Below are positions 9,116-18,530 of a DNA stretch of 44,878 nucleotides, one piece after another. Each line of letters begins with the position of its first letter. Within the stretch, counting starts at the first letter, position 1. Origin of the DNA: a virus. Lineage: Duplodnaviria; Heunggongvirae; Uroviricota; Caudoviricetes. Position numbers and translations under genes: made by a program. The notes beneath the pieces were generated by a model. That model made no database searches. It was given only the letters and a program-made list of their open reading frames with translations, and was not told where the DNA came from. The DNA is taken from positions 1-44,878 of IMG/VR virus record IMGVR_UViG_2563366802_000013. One strand, given 5' to 3'.

Positions 9116-9586
9116 TCACAGATACTGAAGCCCTGTATATTCGCGGGGGTCGTATAATTTTCCGATGTTGTTGTTCAGCGGGTTAGTGACGGACAGAGTG
9201 ACCGACGCGGAGTCAGCGTCGATGTCGACCGTTTTGACGTAGAGCTGCCAGGACTTAATCGGTACCGAAACGTCGCCGCTGTCGAAGATCTGCCGGGTCG
9301 CCGTGATAGCCGTCAGCCTAGCAGCCCCCTTCCACTGTTTCATTAGCGCTTTGATGTCCGACGACAGCCGGCCTAACTTCACCGTCGCGTCGATCACCGG
9401 CGTGCCGCTCTGCTGACTCTCTTCGATTTCAAAGCGCGCTGGCGTGTACGTCTGGCCGCCTAGCGTCTTCGCAAAGAACTGCTTGTCGACCAGGCGGACA
9501 TAGCCAAAGGATGGATGGTAGAACGTGATGGTATCGTACAGACCGCGCGTCGGGCGCTGCTGCTTATAAGCTCTGAAGGTAGGCAT
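9116..9586 (-). CDS. Minor tail protein (lambda L-like position)
   Basis: 156 aa; position between M-like and K-like genes; tight spacing. Confidence 0.5.
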   Translation of the reverse strand: MPTFRAYKQQRPTRGLYDTITFYHPSFGYVRLVDKQFFAKTLGGQTYTPARFEIEESQQSGTPVIDATVKLGRLSSDIKALMKQWKGAARLTAITATRQIFDSGDVSVPIKSWQLYVKTVDIDADSASVTLSVTNPLNNNIGKLYDPREYTGLQYL

Positions 9587-10083
9587 TACGGCACTCTCGG
9601 TAAAGATTCCGGGTCGCGCCCGTCAGGATAACCAGTGACAACGATATCCAGCCACGAATCCCACGGTGGCGGCAGTTCAACAATGATATCGTCGAACTCG
9701 TCGTCGGCGTTGTAAAGGTGGTTCGCGATAACCGTCCCTGTCCAGGTCACCACCCCGCCGTCGATACTGGTTTGCACCGGCATCTGCGTGAAGTGGAGCT
9801 CCTGTAGCTGCAATCCACTGCCGCCAAGATTGATATTCATCCGAAACCAGTTCAGACCACGGTTGAGATAGTTAGGGCTGCGCAGCCACTGCTGAAATGC
9901 GCGCTCCTGCGCCAGAGTGAAGATCCATGTCAGTGACCAGGTCACCTTCAGGTCGTCGGTTTGATTCTCGAAGATAGCCGGGCCGACCGCTGGCTGATCG
10001 GTCTGGAACCCGGTATCGAGCGTCATGTTTTTGCTGGCCTTCTGCGCCAGCGGCAGCCAGTCGGGATAGTCGATAATTGGCAT
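9586..10083 (-). CDS. Minor tail protein (lambda M-like position)
   Basis: 165 aa; start overlaps the tape-measure stop; position immediately after TMP. Confidence 0.5.
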   Translation of the reverse strand: MPIIDYPDWLPLAQKASKNMTLDTGFQTDQPAVGPAIFENQTDDLKVTWSLTWIFTLAQERAFQQWLRSPNYLNRGLNWFRMNINLGGSGLQLQELHFTQMPVQTSIDGGVVTWTGTVIANHLYNADDEFDDIIVELPPPWDSWLDIVVTGYPDGRDPESLPRVP

Positions 10084-12590
10084 CAGCCCTGCCCCCTTGG
10101 CGTGCGTTTAACGTTCATGTTGCTGGTAATGGCGTTGCTTGCCGGGCCGCCGTTATTCATGTCAGCGATGAATGCCTCAAGCGTCCATGAACCATCACCG
10201 TTCTGTGTAGCCTGAGCATCTACAGAGGCGGATGAGTAGTTGTAGATGTTGAGAATCGGAGCGCCGCCACCTCCACCCGAAGCCATGTCCTTATTGCTGA
10301 TCACCCTGCCGTTGTCGCCCGGTATCATGTACTGCTTACCGGTACTGGCCTGGTAAATCTCCGGCTTCCCTCGCTCACCGACCTGATAAAGACCTCCTGC
10401 ATTCACCGGGCCGCCATTGTAACGCATACCGGTTAAAGCAAGGCCCTGTGCCAGGCCTACCGTTGAAGCAATTCCTGTCATGGCAGGAACTGAGTTGGCC
10501 CCAAATGAAGCGAGGCTCGCCATGGCGGCGGCAGGAGCCCAAGCTGTAGCCAAGATTGCAGCCTGAGATGCTCCAGCAGCAGTAGCTGCTGCGCCCAATG
10601 TCTGCCCGATAATGAAGTTTTTGAGAGCCTCAACCCCAACCTGGACTAGCGCATTTACCACGCTATTCAGCATCGTGTTACCGAGTGAGCGCATAGCATC
10701 CTGCGCTGACATCGTTCCGGTGATCAGCCCGGTTAACGCATTGGATGCATTGCCTGAAAACGCATCTACTGCACTTGTCAGCATTTCATAACCAAGACCT
10801 TGCTGGCTGAGCAATTGCCACTGAGCGGCTGTCATCTGCTCATTGAACTGGTTTTCCTGCGCAGTCTTTAAGGCAAGGTACTGGGCATCGGTAGCTGCCT
10901 TTGCAGCAACGAACTGATCGTAATTTATTTTCCCTTTTTGGTAACTTTGCTGGAGTATCGCCTGTTCCTGCTGCTGATATTGCTGCATCAGGGCTAACTT
11001 CTGGTTATTTTCGTTCACCAGTTGCTGTACCGGGTCAACTTCGGCTCGGGCAGAAGCTACCGGATTGACTGTGGCCTGGGCGTTAATCTTGGCGAGGTTA
11101 TTCTGGTGCTCGAGCGCCATTTTCTCCGTGGCAGCGTTATACTCCTTGAGATCTATTTTCCCAGCGTTCAGTGCGGCCTTCAGATTTTGCATGGATTCTG
11201 CGTAGGATTTATTCTCCGCCTGCAAAGGCATTGCCTTAAGTGCTTCAGTTACCCCTCTGGCTGCCGCTGCTGCATCCCATGCTTTGGCGGCGTATTCTCC
11301 AGCCTCTTTAATCTGTGCTTGAGTTGCAGCGCTACCGAGTGACTGCTGAGCATTCAGAACAGCTTGCGCACGAGACAACTCACCCAAGCTTCCTGCGGAA
11401 AGTTGCGCCTTCTGTCTAAGCTCTTCCAGCTTTTCGTTAACTGTCTGCTGCGCCTTAGCATATTTTTCTGCTTCCTTTTCGGCCTGAGTCTTTTTCTTTT
11501 TGCCTGTACCAGCAACAGCCTTTATCTCGATCGGCTTTGTGTTTGCCGCGGTCTGTGATGCTTTGGAAACAGCGGCCAGGTCGCCAACCAGCATGGCGGC
11601 TTTATTGCTTAGCCCGGCCAGCGCTTTGTTTTGCGCCTCCCAGCCATCAAGCCCAAGCCATGACCAGGTTCGCGCCCGGCGGGTAAACATCTCTGCTGTG
11701 CTGTTCAGTTCTGAAATCTGCGCATCCGCTGAGATTGCCTTCCCCACCAGCCTGTCGAGAGCGGCCGTCATCGAGTCGATAACCGCAACCAGTCCTGTGC
11801 TTGCGCCTGTCGCCTGGTTAACAGAGTCAATCATCGACAGGAATGAGTTTGTCAGCGCGGTATTGGCTTGAGCCAGAGTACGAGGAAGTTTTTCGAACTC
11901 TGCATTTACTGAGCTGGTTTGTTTCTGGATGGCATTAAGCGCATCTTCTGCTGTCAGTTTCCCGTCCAACATCAGTTGACGCAGTTCGCCGATACTTACG
12001 CCCATCCCGGCGGCGATCTGCCGCGCCAGTTCAGGCATTTGCTCAAGGATGGAGTTGAACTCCTCCGCCCGGACAGTGCCGGAGGAAATTGACTGGCCGA
12101 ACTGACGAAGAGCATTCGCCATTTCTTCGGAAGAGGATCCGCCAATGCGACCTATTTTCTGAAGTGTTTCGGTGAGCTGGATGATCTGGCCGTTCGTCGC
12201 GCCGGTATCGCGCAACGCCGTGCTGAGAGTCTCCCACAGCTTCGCTGTATCCTGTAGCGAACCACCCGTTGCCGAACTGATGCGCATCAGACTCTGCATA
12301 GTCTGCGAGGCTGCCCCTGCGCTACCAGTGAGCCTCTCTATACGCGCGTTGAGCTGGCTCATGTTGTCAGCAGCAACGAGAAACGCCTTACCCCAGTCAA
12401 CTACGAGTGAGGCGGCAATTGCCCCGGCGACGCGGTTGATGTTCGTCTGCAACTCATCCATCTTTTTGGCTGCATTGGTCGCCGAGTTGCCGATGGAGTC
12501 GAGCGACTTATTGGCCTTTCCCTGGGCCTTGAGCAAGCCAGATACATCGGCCTCGATGTCGTAATAAATCTCGCCTGCTTTCTCAGACAT
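10083..12590 (-). CDS. Tail tape measure protein
   Basis: 835 aa; Ala/Gln/Leu-rich coiled-coil composition with Gly-rich C-terminal region; ATG with GGAG SD; canonical position. Confidence 0.9.
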   Translation of the reverse strand: MSEKAGEIYYDIEADVSGLLKAQGKANKSLDSIGNSATNAAKKMDELQTNINRVAGAIAASLVVDWGKAFLVAADNMSQLNARIERLTGSAGAASQTMQSLMRISSATGGSLQDTAKLWETLSTALRDTGATNGQIIQLTETLQKIGRIGGSSSEEMANALRQFGQSISSGTVRAEEFNSILEQMPELARQIAAGMGVSIGELRQLMLDGKLTAEDALNAIQKQTSSVNAEFEKLPRTLAQANTALTNSFLSMIDSVNQATGASTGLVAVIDSMTAALDRLVGKAISADAQISELNSTAEMFTRRARTWSWLGLDGWEAQNKALAGLSNKAAMLVGDLAAVSKASQTAANTKPIEIKAVAGTGKKKKTQAEKEAEKYAKAQQTVNEKLEELRQKAQLSAGSLGELSRAQAVLNAQQSLGSAATQAQIKEAGEYAAKAWDAAAAARGVTEALKAMPLQAENKSYAESMQNLKAALNAGKIDLKEYNAATEKMALEHQNNLAKINAQATVNPVASARAEVDPVQQLVNENNQKLALMQQYQQQEQAILQQSYQKGKINYDQFVAAKAATDAQYLALKTAQENQFNEQMTAAQWQLLSQQGLGYEMLTSAVDAFSGNASNALTGLITGTMSAQDAMRSLGNTMLNSVVNALVQVGVEALKNFIIGQTLGAAATAAGASQAAILATAWAPAAAMASLASFGANSVPAMTGIASTVGLAQGLALTGMRYNGGPVNAGGLYQVGERGKPEIYQASTGKQYMIPGDNGRVISNKDMASGGGGGAPILNIYNYSSASVDAQATQNGDGSWTLEAFIADMNNGGPASNAITSNMNVKRTPRGQG

Positions 12591-12606
12591 CAGTTTTCTC
12601 CGGGCA

Positions 12607-12631
12607 TAAAAAAACCCACCGAGTGGTGGGT
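12607..12631 (-). terminator. Intrinsic terminator downstream of the lipoprotein moron
   Basis: Minus-strand hairpin ACCCACC-actc-GGTGGGT followed by a U7 run. Confidence 0.55.
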
Positions 12632-12647
12632 TAGTTATTCGTGTCGT

Positions 12648-13022
12648 TTATTGGCATCGTTCTGTGTAGGCCGGTGGTGGAGGCGTATCTTTCGAACTGA
12701 GGAAGTGATCACCAAGGGTGTAGTCGACGCCTTTTGAGAACATCCCCTTCGATTTCATTTTCAGCTCAACAAAGAATGGATGGAACCCTGCATAGGCACC
12801 GAAACCGTTCTTTCCGTTAATTTCCCCGCAAACAACAGCATTAACACGACCGTCATCGGCATCTGTCATCTTCACGACTTTCACGTTACGGAATTGTGCG
12901 CTGCCAGGATCCAGTAGATTGGCTGAAACTTCAGATTGTGCCAGAGAAATTGCCTTTTCCTCGCCCGGCTTACAGCCAGCCAGAACCAGTGGAATCACCA
13001 AAGCCAAAAGTATTTTTTTCAC
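12648..13022 (-). CDS. Lipoprotein (moron inside tail operon; candidate superinfection-exclusion or envelope factor)
   Basis: 124 aa; signal peptide with lipobox LVLAGC; GTG start with SD; followed by its own terminator; inserted between tail chaperone and TMP. Confidence 0.7.
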   Translation of the reverse strand: MKKILLALVIPLVLAGCKPGEEKAISLAQSEVSANLLDPGSAQFRNVKVVKMTDADDGRVNAVVCGEINGKNGFGAYAGFHPFFVELKMKSKGMFSKGVDYTLGDHFLSSKDTPPPPAYTERCQ

Positions 13023-13094
13023 TCTTATCCCCTGAGTTTTATTGTCGAGCCATATTACGCCCGGTCAGGCGATTACGGTACATCCATTATTAAC

Positions 13095-13856
13095 TCAGGC
13101 CGCTTTCTTTGCTGATTTTTCGCGCTCAATCATTTCCTGCCAACGGCGATCGTCATCGTCCATAACCGCGTCATACTCTTCCCTGGTGAAGCCTTTCTGG
13201 TCAGGGTATTTGGCTTTAAGCATCATAGCGAACTCGGTCATAGTAAGATTTTCAGCCTCTTCCCTGCTGATCCCGAAATGGTTTCGCGCCGCCATGATGT
13301 ATTCAGTCGCATGAAATTCCGGCGTCGTTTCCTTGCTTTCGTGCTTCTGCAACTTACGAACCTTCGCCCGTCCGATAACGCCATGCATGATCAGCGACTG
13401 AGCTATCAGAATCAGGTTCTCAGGCGGGAGAGAGCCGCGGCGCCATACAAACGTACGCCTGCCAGTACGTGAAGGCTCATGCCAGCCTGTCAATTCAGAA
13501 ACGTCCTCGTCACAGCATGACTGAATGACGTTAATAGCCGAGAGCAATGCCTCGCGCACAAAAGCAGCTGAACCTGCTGCATCAAGTGCCCACCGAGGCA
13601 TGGAAACATCGCCGAAGTAATGAGCGTAAAATCTGCGCTGATGCTCTGGTATCGCACTGTGAATCTCTCGCGCCGCTTCAAGCATCTTTGCCACATCGTC
13701 ATTGAACAGCGCATAGAAAGTGCGGACGATATGCTCTGGCTCGCCGATCCGAGTCATGTTACGGAACGATGGGCGGAAGAAGTATTCACGGCCACCAGCA
13801 CCAATCAGGCACTCGCCAATTTCTTTCAATGGGGTCATATCGTTCTCCATAACCAT
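13095..13856 (-). CDS. Tail assembly chaperone (G/T-like position)
   Basis: Position between major tail protein and TMP; start uncertain (several in-frame Met near 13838-13856); Asp-rich acidic C-terminus. Confidence 0.45.
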   Translation of the reverse strand: MVMENDMTPLKEIGECLIGAGGREYFFRPSFRNMTRIGEPEHIVRTFYALFNDDVAKMLEAAREIHSAIPEHQRRFYAHYFGDVSMPRWALDAAGSAAFVREALLSAINVIQSCCDEDVSELTGWHEPSRTGRRTFVWRRGSLPPENLILIAQSLIMHGVIGRAKVRKLQKHESKETTPEFHATEYIMAARNHFGISREEAENLTMTEFAMMLKAKYPDQKGFTREEYDAVMDDDDRRWQEMIEREKSAKKAA

Positions 13857-13888
13857 TATCAAGGGCAGCACGCCGCCCTTTGTAGTGA

Positions 13889-14644
13889 TTACGGTGCGGC
13901 AGTCACGGTCACAGCACATGTGTCGGTGAAATCACCATCTGCGGTTGTAGCTGTAATGGTCGCGGTTCCGGCGGAGACGGCCGTTACCAGGCCGGTTGAA
14001 CTGACGGTGGCTATGGATGGTGCCGAAGTCGTCCAGGTGATCGCCTTATTAGTCGCATCGGTTGGCTGAACAGCGCCGCTCAGTTGCTGGGTTGACCCAA
14101 CTACCAGAGATGCAGTTGCAGGGGTAACTTCAACGCCAGTGGCCGCGATGGAATCAGCGACTTCAAACACGACAGTGTCGGCGTCGTAGACCTTCCACTC
14201 GCCGGAGAAGGTGGAGATATCGTTGGTACCGAAGTCACCAGACCATGAAGTGGTGTTCATGTAGCCCTGGATATAAGTACCGGCGTTTTCACCAGCAAAG
14301 TCGAACCGCACCCACAGGTTAGGCTGACGGCCTGCCTGCACTTCGTCAAAGATATACTTCGACAGACGCCACGCGCCGATCTCGTTATCTTTGTCAGACT
14401 TACGAAACTCCCCTTCACCGGAGATCGTCAGATCCATGTTGTTGACCAGGTTCTCCACCAGCCCTTTGGCATCATCTGCCTCGGAGTTGATGGTATTCAT
14501 CGAATAGTCGATGCCCTTGGTCGTCATAGCGCCGAGACGTTTCCACTCGGAAAGCGCTGGCACTGCGTCGGGGCAGCCAAAGGCCATGCGTAGCACAGCT
14601 ACTTTCCCGATCAGCTTGCCAAAATCATTAGCACAGCCTTGCAT
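13889..14644 (-). CDS. Major tail protein with C-terminal Ig-like (Big_2-type) domain
   Basis: 251 aa; C-terminal Thr/Ala/Val-rich Ig-like segment (ATGVEVTPATASLVVGSTQQL...TATITATT); position upstream of chaperone/TMP. Confidence 0.7.
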   Translation of the reverse strand: MQGCANDFGKLIGKVAVLRMAFGCPDAVPALSEWKRLGAMTTKGIDYSMNTINSEADDAKGLVENLVNNMDLTISGEGEFRKSDKDNEIGAWRLSKYIFDEVQAGRQPNLWVRFDFAGENAGTYIQGYMNTTSWSGDFGTNDISTFSGEWKVYDADTVVFEVADSIAATGVEVTPATASLVVGSTQQLSGAVQPTDATNKAITWTTSAPSIATVSSTGLVTAVSAGTATITATTADGDFTDTCAVTVTAAP

Positions 14645-14656
14645 GTGTACCTCTCA

Positions 14657-14685
14657 AATAAAAAAAGGCCGCCGGATGGCAGCCT
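14657..14685 (-). terminator. Intrinsic terminator/attenuator upstream of the major tail gene
   Basis: Minus-strand hairpin GGCTGCC-atcc-GGCGGCC followed by U7AUUU. Confidence 0.45.
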
Positions 14686-14703
14686 GATGGGTTGGTGATG
14701 GGG

Positions 14704-15087
14704 TTATTCGCCGTAGACGCACATGAACTGGAGTCTGAAGACCAGGCGGCCCTCTTCGGTCAGGATAGGTGCTGGCATATTGCCGAGGTTTTGAATCAGG
14801 CCAAGGCATTCGTCGGTAATATCGTTCTGTTCGACATAATTGATAATTTCCTGAGCCTTTTCAGCGGCTGCACGGCGCTTGTCCTTAGCGGAGATGACAT
14901 CCACCAGCACGTAGTGGTCAGATCCGAGGTCATTTCGAATGTCGGTACCGCCGTTAGGCCGGAACACGATGAATGCATCAGTTAATTTTGTCGTGTCGTC
15001 CCACGCCAGCAGCTGAACGATGAAACCAGTGGTAAGCCCGGCATCAACGAAATAGTTACGCACGCGCTCATACATGGCAGGTGTCAT
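14704..15087 (-). CDS. Tail completion / neck protein (hypothetical)
   Basis: 127 aa; position between head-tail joining genes and major tail protein. Confidence 0.45.
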   Translation of the reverse strand: MTPAMYERVRNYFVDAGLTTGFIVQLLAWDDTTKLTDAFIVFRPNGGTDIRNDLGSDHYVLVDVISAKDKRRAAAEKAQEIINYVEQNDITDECLGLIQNLGNMPAPILTEEGRLVFRLQFMCVYGE

Positions 15088-15311
15088 GCTTTCAAGTCCT
15101 CTTTTTCAAAGAGAACAGTTATTTTCCCGCGCAGCTTCCGGGAGTAAACACTGAAAGGTTCTTTACGATGACGCCTTAGCGGATAAGGATGAAAACACAA
15201 CACCCCCTTCTCTTCGTCAGCCCAAATTACGCGGCTAATTCTATTTCCATTAACGAAAATCTGGCGACGACCCCGGCCGTCTGCAAAATGGTGGAATGTC
15301 TCTCGTTTCAT
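15084..15311 (-). CDS. Hypothetical small structural-module protein
   Basis: 75-aa ORF with overlapping stop/start junctions to neighbours. Confidence 0.35.
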   Translation of the reverse strand: MKRETFHHFADGRGRRQIFVNGNRISRVIWADEEKGVLCFHPYPLRRHRKEPFSVYSRKLRGKITVLFEKEDLKA

Positions 15312-15676
15312 ACTGAAAGCTCCTTGCGCATTACGGCATCAATCTGGCTGCGGGTATCTTCAAAGCCTTTAGTGAGGAACTCTTTCTGCGCGGTGGCGCG
15401 ACGGAAGGTTTGCGGCACATTCGGATCGTGAACGAAAACAGCATAGTTGGCCGTATATCCCACCCGACCTGTCAGCTGAACGCCGTTGTTAATCAACTCC
15501 CGATACTGGCTATTTAGCAGCGTTGAGGTGTCGATTGGCGTATAAAGCGCGGCCTGTGAGCTGCCGATTATCATCGCTGACTGTAATGCCCGGACAACCT
15601 TGCGCCCTTTCACATCGTTGATGATGCGGTTGAGCCCGGCTTTCGACTGCTTAACGCCACGCACTTTGATGCCCAT
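15308..15676 (-). CDS. Head-tail joining protein (HK97 gp10-like)
   Basis: 122 aa; basic N-terminal segment and position typical of the HK97 gp10 family. Confidence 0.55.
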   Translation of the reverse strand: MGIKVRGVKQSKAGLNRIINDVKGRKVVRALQSAMIIGSSQAALYTPIDTSTLLNSQYRELINNGVQLTGRVGYTANYAVFVHDPNVPQTFRRATAQKEFLTKGFEDTRSQIDAVMRKELSV

Positions 15677-15678
15677 GG

Positions 15679-16035
15679 CTACACTCCCGTAATTATCGCC
15701 CAGTCATCTTCCAGACCGTCGAGAGTGTCGTTCCAGCGCGTCACGTGACGAACCTCATCGGCACCTGCCACGACCGGGTCTGTTTCAGTGCTCACACCAA
15801 TCAGAATGTAATCGCCCTCATCAGCTAACGCATACGCAGTAAAGAAGGTGTTTTTTACGACAACCTCTTTACCGATGGAGCCGAGCTTTGCAGACAGGCC
15901 GCCGATGTAGTCGCACATGATGGTTTCAGGCGGTTCGTATGGGTCGACAGGATCGCCCCACTCGTCATTACCGCCCGCTCCCTTACGCCATATCGTGCAT
16001 GGCTTGTTGTATGACCATGAAGCAGTAGACGACAT
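15679..16035 (-). CDS. Head-tail connector/head completion protein (hypothetical)
   Basis: Track ORF extends to 16257, but the probable start is the internal Met near 16035 (MSSTASWSYNK...). Confidence 0.4.
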   Translation of the reverse strand: MSSTASWSYNKPCTIWRKGAGGNDEWGDPVDPYEPPETIMCDYIGGLSAKLGSIGKEVVVKNTFFTAYALADEGDYILIGVSTETDPVVAGADEVRHVTRWNDTLDGLEDDWAIITGV

Positions 16036-16207
16036 CAGCCCTCCTTCCAGCGCAGCACCTTCGCGCCAGTCGCCCGGATGCGCGCGCAGTTGATATGCCA
16101 CTCGCCGTCCGATTTCACGTAGCCGGTAGTCTCCCGCCCGGTATCGGTCTCGACCCATACGCGAGTGAGCGGCTTCGGCTTGCCTTCCTTTACCGATTTG
16201 TACGTCA

Positions 16208-16609
16208 TCACTTATCCCCGCACATACAGCCGCCCTTCCCGATCCAAATGCCAGCAAACGCCGGTGCTGCGGTAGGGTCAGCAGGAATCAGCGAGGTGGC
16301 ACAGCCGTAAGTATCCAGACCGCGCAACAGATTTACTGAGGCTTTCCAGCGGTCGGTGAACGATTGATACCGGAACGAGCGCGATGCACCACTCGGAGCT
16401 GTCTGGCTTGAGATGTACTTATCCCCCTGCCCGAGCCCCATAAGCGCCAGCAGATAGAGTTGAATCAGCAGCGCTGTCGATGCCGGATAATGCGCATCGA
16501 GACACTCCTGAATGCTGTTGGCCTGGTCGACGAGAGCCTGAAGAACAAAATCGGGAATGGTAATTCCCTGGCTCTCCAGATATTCCTTCGCCTGTTCGAG
16601 AGTTACCAT
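16208..16609 (-). CDS. Head-tail adaptor protein
   Basis: 133 aa; first gene after the terminator cluster following the capsid genes. Confidence 0.5.
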   Translation of the reverse strand: MVTLEQAKEYLESQGITIPDFVLQALVDQANSIQECLDAHYPASTALLIQLYLLALMGLGQGDKYISSQTAPSGASRSFRYQSFTDRWKASVNLLRGLDTYGCATSLIPADPTAAPAFAGIWIGKGGCMCGDK

Positions 16610-16646
16610 TATCGACTCCGTGAAATACCCCGCCGGAGCGGGGCAT

Positions 16647-16668
16647 AAAAAAACCGCCTTAGCGGCGG
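16647..16668 (-). terminator. Intrinsic terminator after the capsid gene block
   Basis: Minus-strand hairpin CCGCC-gctaa-GGCGG plus U7, followed by a second hairpin CCCCGC-tccg-GCGGGG (about 16627-16642). Confidence 0.5.
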
Positions 16669-16671
16669 CTG

Positions 16672-16965
16672 TTATTCAGCAGGGAAAAGCTTTTCGAGCT
16701 CGCCATCAGGCAACAGCTCACTGAGCTTTTCAGCGCCCAAATTGCCTTTGAACTCAATACCCAGCTCAGTAAGGCGGCCCTGAATAATCTCTTTGCGAGA
16801 TTTCTCACCGGTACCGGCATCAGGAGTCGACGGTGTAAGTTCTCCGCCTGCCTCACCATTCATGAGACGGACGTTAGACTTCAGCGCCGGGTGAAGTTCT
16901 TTCAACTCCACCACCTGCCCCACCTTTACGCCGAACCACGGGCGCACAACTTCGTATTTAGCCAT
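16672..16965 (-). CDS. Hypothetical head-associated protein (possible decoration or HeH-like motif protein)
   Basis: 97 aa; directly downstream of the major capsid gene and followed by a terminator. Confidence 0.45.
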   Translation of the reverse strand: MAKYEVVRPWFGVKVGQVVELKELHPALKSNVRLMNGEAGGELTPSTPDAGTGEKSRKEIIQGRLTELGIEFKGNLGAEKLSELLPDGELEKLFPAE

Positions 16966-16974
16966 GCTGTTTCC

Positions 16975-18051
16975 TTACGCCAGGTTAGCGCCGTAGACAA
17001 CACCAGACAGGCCCTGATCGTCTGCGGTGATTTGCAAACCTTCAGCAGACATAATCTGGAAGTTGTAGTTAACGTTAGGCAGTGGACGCGGCAGTGGCAC
17101 AACGCCGACAGCCATACCAACCAGTGGGGAGATCACGTCACGACGACGAACGTACGCGATAAACTCGTTACCGGTCAGCGCGAAGCTCATGCGGATTTCT
17201 TTCACCGGTGCGAATGGAAGAACAGCCTGCAACACAGTGCCGCTTACAACGCCATTCACCACGTACGGCTGCGCCAGGTTTGCCCAGATTTCCGGGGAAA
17301 CCCACATCACATCGTATGCGGCGACTTTGTTCGTGCGTGCGGTGGTACCGAATGCGCCTTTACCGAAGAATGCAAAGATCGCGGTCATGTCAGCGGCGGT
17401 CAGGTCGATGTTCGCGCCACCAGCACCAGACCCAAGGTTAATCTTCTTGGTGTGACGGTGGTTCTTGATGCCCTGCGCCGGATATGACTGAACCTGAATT
17501 TTTGAATCGCCGTTCAGGTAGTAGTTGACGCGCTTCTGGTTGAACTTACGCATCTTCGCCATCTGCGAGTCCAGCACCAGATCAATGCCAACAGAGTTCA
17601 GGCCAGCAGCATGACGCCAGTTAACACCGTAACCAGCAGTGAACACCGGAATCGGATCGCCGTCGCTCGCGTAGTCAGTGTGGTCGAAGGAGAACGGCGC
17701 CTGACCATCGATGCTTACTGACACGTCGTCAGCGATGTCGCCGACCACGTTATACAGCTTGGCGGTTTTACCAACCGGCAGCACGGTCTGAACGCCGATC
17801 AGGTCGTTTACGATTTCCATGCCAACTTCCTGATCCCGCAGCTGCAGCACCTGGTTGTCAATCTCAGCCCAGAAGTCACGGGAGAAACCGCCAACAGCGT
17901 TACAAGCCAGCATGTCAGGCGTCATCATTGCGCGGTTAGCTGCAATGATGGAATCGTTCTGCAGGTTCCACATGTTGCGGTTTGCCCACAGCTCGCTCCA
18001 GTGCCCTCCGAGGCGGGAGTTAGTCGCCAGCGTCTCTTTTGAGAAGTACAT
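16975..18051 (-). CDS. Major capsid protein
   Basis: 358 aa; ATG with AAGGA SD; position after scaffold/protease and before the terminator; composition typical of HK97-fold capsid proteins. Confidence 0.85.
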   Translation of the reverse strand: MYFSKETLATNSRLGGHWSELWANRNMWNLQNDSIIAANRAMMTPDMLACNAVGGFSRDFWAEIDNQVLQLRDQEVGMEIVNDLIGVQTVLPVGKTAKLYNVVGDIADDVSVSIDGQAPFSFDHTDYASDGDPIPVFTAGYGVNWRHAAGLNSVGIDLVLDSQMAKMRKFNQKRVNYYLNGDSKIQVQSYPAQGIKNHRHTKKINLGSGAGGANIDLTAADMTAIFAFFGKGAFGTTARTNKVAAYDVMWVSPEIWANLAQPYVVNGVVSGTVLQAVLPFAPVKEIRMSFALTGNEFIAYVRRRDVISPLVGMAVGVVPLPRPLPNVNYNFQIMSAEGLQITADDQGLSGVVYGANLA

Positions 18052-18068
18052 ATGTGTTTGTCCTTTTG

Positions 18069-18518
18069 TTACGCGCCAGCTGCGGCGACAGTGCCAACGC
18101 GCATGCGCACGCGAATGAAGTCGGTGGTGCTGGCAGCGATGGTGTATTCATCCTGGCTGTAGCCGATCACTGAATCGGTGTCGGAGGTGGCAAGGGTGAA
18201 CTGACCAGCCGTGCCCAGCTTGATAGGGCTGTCTTTCTTATACGCACCGGGAAGACAACGTAACGCCAACTCACGACCTTCTTCGACGTAGTTACCTACT
18301 GCCGAATCCCCGGCCGGGATTTCTTCGGTGATTGTCAGCCCCTGGTGGTAACCAACATCGATGATGTACAGGCGACCGGTTAGCGCGGTGGCCTGAGCGA
18401 ATTTATCGGATGAGTTGATAGTTGCGGCGGTGCCAGGAAGCAACGCGGCGGCCGTTGTGCGGGTTTCGGTCTTGTACAGAGACTGACCGTCGATATTAAC
18501 GCGACGATAACGTGGCAT
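18069..18518 (-). CDS. Head structural protein (decoration/scaffold-like, hypothetical)
   Basis: 149 aa between scaffold/protease gene and major capsid gene. Confidence 0.45.
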   Translation of the reverse strand: MPRYRRVNIDGQSLYKTETRTTAAALLPGTAATINSSDKFAQATALTGRLYIIDVGYHQGLTITEEIPAGDSAVGNYVEEGRELALRCLPGAYKKDSPIKLGTAGQFTLATSDTDSVIGYSQDEYTIAASTTDFIRVRMRVGTVAAAGA

Positions 18519-18530
18519 TATTCCGGCTCC

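Noticed and set aside
11022-12564. Plus-strand ORFs (106-130 aa) inside the tape measure gene
   Set aside because: Antisense to the TMP, Cys/Leu-rich junk translations, no coding signal independent of the TMP.
16891-17487. 198-aa plus-strand ORF antisense to the major capsid gene
   Set aside because: Nested within a high-confidence structural gene on the opposite strand; no RBS or operon context.
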